Below are positions 28,101 to 38,393 of a stretch of DNA of 64,000 bases, in pieces. Positions within the stretch are counted from its first letter, which is position 1; every line of letters starts with the position of its first letter. A program made the position numbers and the translations under genes. The notes beneath the pieces are model-generated. The model was not told the DNA's origin. It worked only from the letters and a program-made list of their open reading frames with translations, and made no database searches. The stretch is from Fimbriosthenelais zetlandica. Its lineage: Eukaryota. The stretch covers positions 17,236,001-17,300,000 of the forward strand of contig OZ365113.1 in assembly GCA_977030845.1 (NCBI GenBank), given 5' to 3'.

Positions 28101-30246
28101 CACTCACACACACACATAGCCACACACACTAGGTGAATGTGCTAATCTCATTGACCAATGTAGATATTAGTGTTGGGGAGTGGGTGTGGGTTTAATGATC
28201 TCAGTACGGGATTGATCGCTGTGGTCAGTGTAACAGCAGGGAAGACACCGCTTCCAGGGGATTAAACCCGATGTCTCATCTGGAGTCATCACTTGTAAAA
28301 GTGGAGTAATTGCCTGTAGGCGCTGAACAGCTTAGCTTTGCCCGAAACCATTTTGAAAATCAATCCCTTTGTTGTTTGGAATTCACATTAAATAGCCCCA
28401 AAATATCACGTCATTGACTACTTTTTGTGCTTATCAAATCGTCTCGCGTCTGATAACTCGCTGATTGATAATCCATGACAAAATCAATATTCCACCGCAA
28501 AACATGTTATTCTTTGTTTTGTTCCACTGTCCCTCCCTATTATCTCGATTTCCTGGCTTTGGACTATGAGCCATGCCAACTGCCAAATAGTGTTGGCAAT
28601 TCAGACAAGCTTTAAATAATCGTCGCCTATCGTGACTTCCTATTGCCCTGATAGAATATAATATGAAGGCCTTTGAGAAGAAAGTCTGTCTCACACCAGG
28701 AATCCTACCAATATGAGAACTATATGCATGCCAAAAATAGTAGATCTCAGTAGGGTTCCTACCAACTGTTGAGCTTCATCATTAGTTGGTACTCTGACTT
28801 CTTTCCCCGCGTTATGAGCAGACAAGCCATAACTTGGGTGCTTGTTGGAATACCAGTTCAGGACTTTCATACAAATTGAAGGGATTCTTTTCTAGCTAAT
28901 CTGTAATAAGTCCAACCACTTCATTCCTAAGTTGTTGGGTGGATTTCCACTAAGGTGAGTTAAGGCATTTGGGCCATGGAAGAACCGGGGGAAGAACTTG
29001 AGTAAGTTTCTTAAAATTTTTTGATAGTCATGTAGAAATGTATTCAGAGACAGCATCATTTTGGGATCTTTATGGATCCGCTGAAGGCGTTGGATAATGT
29101 GAACTTTATAACGGAGTACCTGCCTGAAAAAGTACTAAACGATCTAGCAATTAGGGCACAGGTTGTACTTATTTAGTTGAAAGCATCCCAAATGGTACTT
29201 CTTCCCTTGTATATGTATGGGTAGGTCTACATTAGGCATGGCCGGGTGCGTTTGGATCGATAACCCGGATAAGTGAGCCAATATATGGGCTGTTCCTGTG
29301 GCTCAGGCAATTTCTTTACTCAGGGATCACTGCTATCTTAGGACGCTGACTTGTTCCGTCTTATTTCCAGTGCTTGCCCTATGACTTCATATTTGTCTAC
29401 ATTCCAAAGACTACTTCTGGTGAAAAAAACGTGAAAAGTGGTGAATTGGAAATTAGACAAATCGTGTAGAAAAGCCAAAGAAGTGGTTTTATATTATAAA
29501 AACCACAAGTATTTTTTTATTGGAAGAAACCTTGGAAAGATGACTTTCTCTAGCTAGAAGGCAGGTGTGTGGATAAGAACATCAGTTTTCTTGCTGCCTG
29601 AAAGGTCATTGTTTTGAATGCTGACATTTTAAGGGTAGGCCTACGACTTCCTCCTCAATAATGCTAGATTTCGTTAAGGAAGTCTTTCAGTCCCGGGAAG
29701 GCTAGGTACTTTTTGTCAGAAAATATTAATTTAGAGGCTTTAAAAGACTATTTATGTTAAAGGAGCTGTGTAAGTCGGAAATCTGCGACTTGAATGTAAC
29801 TTTCTAGGAACCATTGGCTGTTCTTATTTAGAATTATGTCTTGTTTCGAATAAGCCGTACTTAAACAAGACCAAGTTGCCCCCGGGTTCTATAGTAATCC
29901 GCCAATTAATCTCACATCAAGCACTGAGATTAGCACAAAGTCGTAATCCCTAGACACCCAATACCACTGAATCACCAACTCACCAGGCGCACAATAATCT
30001 TCAGTGTTAAATGCCTGGATTATCCTTCACCATATGATCCAATGGCTACACACCATGTGTATACATATGTGTGTTTTGGGTGGGCAAGTGTGAGTGAAAC
30101 AGACTTTCAGCTGGTTCCCATACACCCTGAGGGCCTGAACCCATCCTTAGACATTACGACTATTAATGCTGCTGCCACTCCTACCCAACACTCCCACACT
30201 ACAAGCAACTCATACTCACACGCCCCTGGCGGCTACTGACACTTCA

Positions 30247-30302
30247 ATGCTTTGACTTCACAACATATGCCGCGGGGGGCCATGCTTTGACTTCACATAT
30301 GC
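30247..30302 (+). repeat. Short direct repeat, period 35 bp
   Basis: atgctttgacttcaca lies at 30247-30262 and 30282-30297, each followed closely by tatgc. Confidence 0.8.
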
Positions 30303-31599
30303 TGCAAACGATCGATAGGAACATCCAATAATGTCTGGGGTCCCTTACCGTCCCTTACTTTGAAAATGGATGTTCAAAAGGCATGATGTTTGCAAATATA
30401 AATGGACTTCTTTAGGTGTTTTTCGTACTTGTATCGTGTCAGCTATGTAACACTTAACTTCCCATCATGGAATGCCCTTCCAATATGAAAATTTAAACGC
30501 GAGTAAATGTGAATAAATTTCAAATTGACAATGGGGCTGATTATATCTGGGGGATTAAACCGGGAACTTTGCACTGAAGAGGATAATAGTCGTTATATAC
30601 AGTATCGAATCATAATACATCATGTGGGCATTGTTGCCCTGAATATAGTTCATTTTAATGCGGAGAGCACCATCAGATTGCAGTCTGACTGTAGGTATAT
30701 ATCGCGCATCGATCATAATATGGTAATGTGGAAAGTCCAAGGAACTGAAGTCCAAGATACTATTATACTATATGTTCAAGGGAGCTAAAAAAATGTTGGG
30801 GATCCTTTGTAGTATAGAATAGTGGAGCCGTAATATTAAGGCTTGTTTTCTATACTACTTACAAAGGGGAAAAAGGCCGGCTATTGTTACTGATACCCTA
30901 CAACAAAGTATGAATGGATGTGGGTAAGGTTGCAACATATGGACAGGTACTGCATCCCCTACTTGTACATTTTCAATCCCTTTCTATCCCTCGCAAGTTG
31001 GATATATGTTTCAGGATACGTGTCTGGGCTGGAACGAAATTCGGACCATTCATTGACCCCTTAGTGTCAAAATCAAATTAGTGTCATTTCCCTGCCTTGC
31101 CAACCTGACTGAAGGCTTTCTCGGTTGCTGACTACTTTGTCTTCAGATGGCCTGGGAGTTGCCGCCCATGACCATTTTTTAAGATCACCCATTATAGTTT
31201 TCGCCACATGAAACCATTTCATATACTACTGGTGCATCACTAACGCACGCGGAAGATGAATAGGCGCACACTGGTGATGATTGTCAGTCATGTTTCATAT
31301 ACTACTCACACCCACTCACTATTGACCTTCACATGGTGATCTACTCATTCAATAACTTATACACTGACAATGCTGGCTTCCCGTATGCTGCTACTCCTAC
31401 CTACGGCTTCATTTGCATATATTATGACTGATAGAATATATGGACTCCAAGTATGTTAACCTCTGTCCATCTTGTGCATGGTGGAGGAATGTTATAATGC
31501 TATTTCCTTCCTTCCGTCATTCTCCTGTACTTTTACCTCCATCTGCTCTTTTTCCTGCTCCCCCTTCTTCAATTCTTTCTCCTCCTCCAGGGGGGTGTG

Positions 31600-33136
31600 T
31601 AGATGAGTGAGTATAGTAGGAGTGTGTGAGTTATGAGAGTGTGTGAGTGAGCTCTGGATCTCAGCACATAACAGATCTAACTCCGTACACCACCAACACC
31701 ACACACCCAACACACACACAACTCTCTATGTCACTTCCCATAGACCGGCAGGCACGGGTCCGCCAGCCTCCCGCGCTCTCCCTCTCTCTCTCTCCCTCTA
31801 CTCTCAACCTCCCCTCCAGTACATCTCTCTGCTTCCGTCGCACTCTCTTTCTTCTTCTCCTTCTCCTGCTCAGCATCAGTGGAAGTCTCCCGCGCAATCG
31901 TCGCATCGTCTTTCACATACACTCGGCCAGAGTAGAACATACCTGTTGTCAGTGCCTCTTTCTCCTCCGTCATCACTTAGCCTTCTAACAAGCAGAAAAT
32001 CTTCACCTTCCTATTGATATTATGATTACCATTCTCTCAAGCCATTTGGAGGAGGACGATGAGGAGGAGGTGGTGGTGGTGGTGTTGGTTGGGGACAACA
32101 CGGTAGCTGCTGCAGTAGTTGGAGGAGTGAGCAGCAGGGAAGAAAAGGTTGGGACAGAGGCGACAGGAATGCCTTTATCACCAATATTGTGACTCTCCAA
32201 AAATCAGATAGAGTTTGAGGATTTGTACATGAGCAATCATTCTTGGTGGTCTAATATCCCGGAGCATTAACATCGATGTCTGAACCGTCTGTAGTGGTAG
32301 TGTTGGTATTGGATGTGGCGGCCAATGAGCCTGCTTCACAGGGAAGCCAAGTTCTCGGCGACTCCCACATTACCTGAAGGCAAACTGCACAGTTCAATAC
32401 CCAACACGCTACGTTCCAGGAGCTTAAGACTTGTGTATGTGAGGATATGGCTGTGGAAAACCCGTGGATGAAAGGCTTCCTTGACTGATTGGCACATCCA
32501 TATACATTATGTGACACCTTAGAAGAAAAACCGTTTGGTAGTGTGTTAGAAAAACTTGCTTTCTCAGTGTATACACTTGTGTGTATATATAAATATACTC
32601 TAACATTGCCTTCAGAATAATTGCACACAGGAACAACCATGTTGTATTGGTGCAGCTGCTACCTCTGCCGCTGCCGATGCTGCAACTGCTCTTACTACTA
32701 CAACAACTGCAACAGATGTATGATGTTGTATGAATAGAGCTCTCCAAAAAAAAGAAATATCAGCCTTCCACACTTTTTCGGACAGGCCATTGTGACACCT
32801 TGTGTCTTTATTATATACATGGCAGGTTTTCAAGAGACGGGCAGAAAGTGCATGATGTAGTAAGACAGGTGCATAATACACTGTCATTCTCCTCCTTATA
32901 CATGACCACCAAGTCCACACTGGCCGCTATATCCATAAATCCAGACGGAAATAAGGCATTAGAAGACCAGTGTCTGCATACTCCAGCAGAAAGTGGAGTA
33001 GGCCGTGATATACCTCTCGTCTAAAGCCCAGGCTGATTGCTTCACAGGTTGATCGTGTGAATCGTGGGCTGGTTTGCATGGATGTCTAGGTAGCACTTTA
33101 CCATTCACACCGGCGTTAAGAACAGGAAAAAACAAG
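31600..33136 (+). promoter_or_regulatory. Candidate Shal promoter and long non-coding first exon
   Basis: CA/GT and CT tracts (31600-31870), local CpG retention (31744-31920), trinucleotide tracts, and CCAAT boxes at 32322 and 32488 (reverse). A donor-like AAG|GTGATT at 33137 sits where the sequence turns AT-rich, ~3.1 kb before the acceptor at 36255. Compositional inference only. Confidence 0.45.
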
Positions 33137-36100
33137 GTGATTATATCAGATAGTTAAAAATATCATTTTTTTCAATCACTCTTACTAAGTTCAGAGGTCA
33201 AAGCAGGTATTATAACAACATTTTTCTCACTGAAGCAGGAAATGGACAATATTTTGCATAGAAATAACCGAAAAAGATAAAGAAACGAAAAGGAAAGGAA
33301 AATATTGTATGCGGAGATATATTATAAAGATATATAAGATATATAAATAACTCTTACAAGCTTATTAGCACCTTATAAATGACCTTGTCTCTAACATCTA
33401 GGGAATACAATATGTATGGCCTGACCTATTATATCAATTCACATAATTAATGATCTTCCTCAACCATTCAGAACCCTAGATATAATGGTTCCGTCTAAAA
33501 ATGATAGGTTTGCTTGCCAGGGACTTGCACCGTTGCTAATTGATTGGTTAAGGGCGGTGGCCTGGATAGTTGATGAATCTATAGCCACATATATCGGAGA
33601 AAGCGATCTGTTGAGAAATGTTTGTAAAATGGATGTGAACAGATGTACACAAGGGGTTCTCATATGGGAATTGATTTATATTTAGGTCATGAATCTCTGA
33701 AGTCTGTTATTGAAGTGTAGTATTCAATATTGATTAGGATACCTTTCATTGTGTGGAAAATCTGGGATTATCAATTAAATAACGAAAGTTAGGGAGAATT
33801 ATATACCTGGAAAACAAATAGTGATTCTACTTGCCCTCAAAATATACCATACTGCAGGTTAGTTACAACAAAGCGGTAAAGAATCCCATGTATTTAGTAT
33901 AAAGCCGCGTTTTGTAGGGATTATGGATAGGAAAACTACGGATAAAGCTACACTCCAGAAGGCTAAAGTCCGCTTTAATTGTAAGATTACTAGTAAATCT
34001 TCCTGCTACGAAATACATATGTACTTGACATACTTTCAATGGTCAGTAAGACTTGTTGGAGGGTTCTTTATATGGCTTGACCCTTGTAATCTTGGGATTT
34101 GTATGGTCTCAAGTTGTGGTTCCCAGGTTTATTGCCGCCATTATGCTCCTTCACAAATTCTTGCATAACAGGGCCAATATCTATTGTACCTATTTAGTCA
34201 TGCACAATGTCAATCCAAGGGCAGGGCACTCAATTGGTCCATAAACTCCATGTTTTAGAAATGATAGACATTGTTATGGATGTGTACAACCATGAAAAAT
34301 GTATCGGAAATCATTCAAATATCGACTAGTGGGAACAACAGGAGTTGTGACCTTGGTGGATTAATCGCTGTTTACAAGTTTGAAATTTGCTATTTGCCAT
34401 TTGCTTCTCGGCTGCGAGAAGAATTGGTCCCCGTTTACCCTTGTGAAAGTGCAAAAAAATTAATTAAAAGTTGCCCATGGGGATCGTATTAATTGTCATT
34501 AGCAGAAAGACTCATTATACCTTATTGCAAATTGCAATAGTTTTAGCAACATTTCTATTATATGGATGCCAATGATTAGCCTTTCTAATTGTCGATATTA
34601 GCTGGCCTGGACTGTCAATCAAAAACTGATATCATGCCAAATTTATCTATTGGCTGCGTCTAGATGACAATCTACGCCAAGAGGCAACTCTATGACTGGT
34701 TTACTTGCATCTGGAGGCATTCTTGTCGACGCCTTTATAATATATCCTGTCTTCCAAACTGTAAACTCTTCCATTCCCCAGATTAAATCTGGTCCCGTCT
34801 CTCTGCAAGAAGCTGCAGACAAGGCGGAAGCATCCACAGGCAGATATTGCATGCTTAGATTAATTTACAAAAGATCACAATGTGTTAAATGGCCCTGCCT
34901 TACCTCGTTCATCATCCCTTCATTTCATGCTAGCCAACTTGATATAATTTCTAGCTGGATTTCCCTTGAGACTGATCGGCCAAATCCATGTTTGAACCTT
35001 GTAAGCGAGAACAAATTATGGTAGCTAATGGGTGATTAAAACCCATGTAATGAGCCCCCGGCAACATTACAACAAATATATCTGGGGTGAAAGACGTTTC
35101 TGATTCATGTTTCTTACCATGCAATCGAGGAAAATTTCGCTCAGTGTTTTCTGGTATTTTTGATACTTGACAGGGTCTTATTATCGACGCTCATAGGTAT
35201 TATGATCTCTACTTGCTGCCTGCTCATGGTTCCACAGAGAAAGACATTATTCTCTATGATTGTATGATCATGTTTACACACTTCACTAACCAAAGTTATC
35301 ATGCAATCATGAAGGCTGTCTGATCTCTCATCGAAACCCCCAGTTGGAGGATGCGAGATGTATGGCAGAACCCTCAAGAGAATGCAATGTTGTTGGCCAT
35401 TTTGTGAGATAAGATTCCCAATTGTTACCAGGAAAATATGTAAGTTTTTAAGGGGTAACCTATATCGTAACTAAGGTTTTAGCACATTTCTTTAAGGCTT
35501 GCAATTCACTATGACATTGAGGTATATATGAATGGAAGGGAACACGTAACAATAACCACTTGAACAAAGCGACATGGCATCCAGAGGACTAAAGCCAGGA
35601 TAAAAAGCACTTCCAGATGTTTCAGACCCAATAGAACGTGATACTATCACCCCTGTATTAGGAGGTCAGTGGAGTGAAAACAGTTCAATGATGGCCTACA
35701 TATTTTCTCCCATCTCGCCATGTTTATAATCTATATAACGATCTGTGGGAATGAGGGAGAGGATCGAAGTACATAGTGTGAGTGAAATGGTGTAGGAAGT
35801 CTGACATTATAATGTTCACAATACAGGTAACATCTGGAGCACCTTCACACCACTAAATGACATGTTATGTCATTACCTGAGTGATTGACATCAGATAGCA
35901 ACAGATTTCTCATTTCTTTATCATAGGAATCGATGAAAACATGTTACCCATGAACTGATACATTTATACAGGTTTTTAATACAATGTAATATCCATTATA
36001 TATTCCGCCATTGCCTATTGATAAACGTCTGTTTTTTCGACAGAAAAGAGTAGAAACCCCCTGGGGCTTATCAATCCGGTGTAGTAAATGGAATATTTCT

Positions 36101-36237
36101 ATCAGAACCGAATCTCAACACAAAGTATTTGACCGCAGTGGGGGTCTCTGACTGATTTTGTCTTATTGATTTGGAACTTACATTTTTATCACTTTGAAAT
36201 ATCCATGAGATATTCTGTTCTCTCATTAATCTTGACG

Positions 36238-36255
36238 TTTTTTTCTCTTTTTCAG
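36238..36255 (+). other. 3' splice acceptor upstream of the Shal start codon (exon begins 36256, GACG-ATG)
   Basis: An uninterrupted pyrimidine tract at 36238-36253 (tttttttctctttttc) is followed by AG at 36254-36255. The ATG lies 4 nt downstream. Confidence 0.85.
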
Positions 36256-36259
36256 GACG

Positions 36260-37365
36260 ATGGCGTCTGTCGCGGCATGGCTGCCGTTCGCTCGAGCGGC
36301 AGCCATCGGCTGGGTGCCCATCGCACACCAGCCGATGCCGCCGCCTCCAGTCCAACATGACAGACACCATTCTGACGTCAAAATGCGCATCAATGTCAGT
36401 GGACGCTTCTTCGACACGTGGCGTCACACACTGGACAAATACCCGGATACTCTCTTAGGTTCCAACGAGAAGGAATTCTTCTTTGATGATGAAACCAAGG
36501 AATATTTCTTTGACAGGGACCCTGAGATTTTCCGACACATTTTGAACTACTATCGAACAGGTAAATTGCATTATCCCAAACATGAATGCATTCAAGCCTA
36601 CGACGAGGAACTTGCCTTCTTCGGAATTATGCCTGATATTATCGGTGATTGTTGCTATGAGGATTATAGGGATAGGAAACGGGAGAACTCAGAACGGCTT
36701 ATGGAGGACAAAGATTCAAATGAGGCAGACAACCTTCCTCAAATGTCCCTCCGTGAGAAAATGTGGCGAGCGTTCGAAAACCCGCACACAAGCACTTCAG
36801 CTCTAGTATTCTACTATGTTACTGGCTTCTTCATTGCCATCTCAGTTTTGGCCAATGTAGTTGAGACTATTCCATGTGGTCAGATTCCAGGAACAAATCA
36901 ACACCCCCCATGTGGGGAGAGGTATGAGGTAGTGTTTTTTTGCCTCGACACAGCTTGTGTGATGATATTCACAGCTGAATATCTACTACGAGCGTTTGCC
37001 GCACCGGATCGGTGTAAATTCATGCGGACCGTAATGAGCATCATAGACGTGGTAGCTATCCTACCCTACTATATCGGTCTGGGAATTACAGACAACAAAG
37101 ATGTCAGCGGCGCATTTGTAACACTCAGAGTTTTCAGGGTGTTTAGAATATTCAAGTTCTCCCGTCATTCGCAAGGACTACGAATCCTCGGCTACACGCT
37201 TAAGAGCTGTGCAAGTGAACTAGGATTCCTTCTATTCTCGCTCACTATGGCTATCATTATTTTTGCAACAGTTATGTTTTATGCAGAAAAGAATGTTGAT
37301 GACACAAATTTCACAAGTATTCCAGAAGCTTTCTGGTACACAATTGTGACTATGACGACACTAGG
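36260..37365 (+). CDS. Shal: First coding exon of a voltage-gated potassium channel, Shal/Kv4 (KCND) subfamily: N-terminus, T1, S1-S5 and pore helix (368 codons + 2 nt)
   Basis: The translation starts with the Kv4 signature [18 protein letters not shown]. It has a T1 domain (INVSG...YFFDRDP...[16 protein letters not shown]) with Zn ligands H104/C110/C131/C132, the segment [12 protein letters not shown]4 [16 protein letters not shown]4-S5/S5 [19 protein letters not shown] and pore helix [12 protein letters not shown]. The 369-aa ORF stops only because the donor GG|GTGAGT supplies TGA at 37367-37369. Confidence 0.98.
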
Positions 37366-38323
37366 GTGAGTACGCCTTCCTATTTTTTCTTTTTTTTACA
37401 GCTAAAATACAACAAAAGACCATCTTGGAATAGATTATATTATGGACAGCTGCAATCCTATAGCATCCATATTCATATTTCGAATAGGAAAATTGATTAT
37501 ATCAACGAGATTGATTATATACAATCCATTAGTATCTCATGAAAGGTTGATAAAGAATACTTCTGTAAGTTGAAGTGCAAGGCAAGGTCCTTAGTTGTAT
37601 TCAAAGCCATCTATATATATTTCTTTTCTCCTACCACCTGTAGGGTACATTGCCGAGGCATATGTGGAAGATGTATGTTTTTGCAGGTCACTGAAATAAA
37701 TTTCAATGTCTTCGGCAATAAAGGATGAGGCCCGCGGAGGGCTATAGATTATGATGGTGGGGGCTGCGGCTTTGTATACACATAGTGCAGAACATGATGT
37801 ATTGTCAATTAGGTGCTATCAGACACACGACACAGGTGACAAGGTTACTTCAGCCTCCCTCCATCTCCGACAATGTATCATCGATGCTGAATCTATAGTG
37901 GCTTCAGGCTTAATAATGGTGTTTTAAATAACACTGTAAAAACTAGCCGTCCAACATAAGATTACTTCATAGCATGTTGATATATCTGTGTGTAGACTCA
38001 GGAGAGGGATATGTTAGGGGCGATATTCCTTAGCTTAAGGGCAAATTTTATGTAGCCATATTTTGAATATGGTTCCAGATATATATTCAAAATGAAATGC
38101 TTTGTGAAAGTAACCGATGTATAGGCTATTCATCATAGGCCAAAGTGCAAAGGAGTTAGTGTAGCTAACGTAATACTAAGCTTGTTTCCATAGACGTAAA
38201 GGAGACAAATAGGCTCGAGCCAATGAGAATATAAATAATGCTGTAATTACCCATTTACGACTTGAAAACGGGCAGGGAAGAAGCCATTCTAATCAATAAA
38301 ATGACTGGCTTATCCTGTCTTAA

Positions 38324-38393
38324 TCCTTTAACACGTTTTGGTGTAAAATGCAGATGTTACCTTATGCAAGGCGATTTAGATCGTGTTAAAGGG
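38324..38393. mobile_element. Possible 70-bp minimal piggyBac-like MITE or remnant
   Basis: A perfect 11-bp inverted repeat: CCTTTAACACG (38325-38335) and CGTGTTAAAGG (38382-38392). TTAA sits directly left (38320-38323) and 2 nt to the right (38396-38399). The right end reads as CCCTTT on the minus strand, like the 16.4-kb element. Confidence 0.45.

Noticed and set aside
28780-29300. Protein-like stop-interrupted minus-strand frame
   Set aside because: I recognised no family motif and cannot distinguish it from chance without a database search.
26647-30560. GGTTTAATCCC-like words (~26650, ~28260, ~30550) as decayed tRNA/SINE B-boxes
   Set aside because: There is no convincing A-box, cloverleaf or shared flanking sequence between the sites.
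31662-31675. TCAGCAC...ACAG as an RE1/NRSE site
   Set aside because: The spacing is wrong, the GGACAG half-site is absent, and REST is not expected in a protostome.
31492-32017. Overlapping ORFs on both strands (75-124 aa)
   Set aside because: They are explained by CT/GA and CA/GT low-complexity tracts that lack stop codons.
36260-37369. The 369-aa ORF as a complete protein or truncated pseudogene
   Set aside because: The stop lies inside a consensus splice donor at the conserved Kv4 exon boundary, and the frame is otherwise intact.
38060-38093. 11-bp AT-rich hairpin (and a similar 10-bp stem at 57427-57461)
   Set aside because: Short stems like these are expected in 64 kb of AT-rich DNA, and there is no TSD, U-tail or other support.
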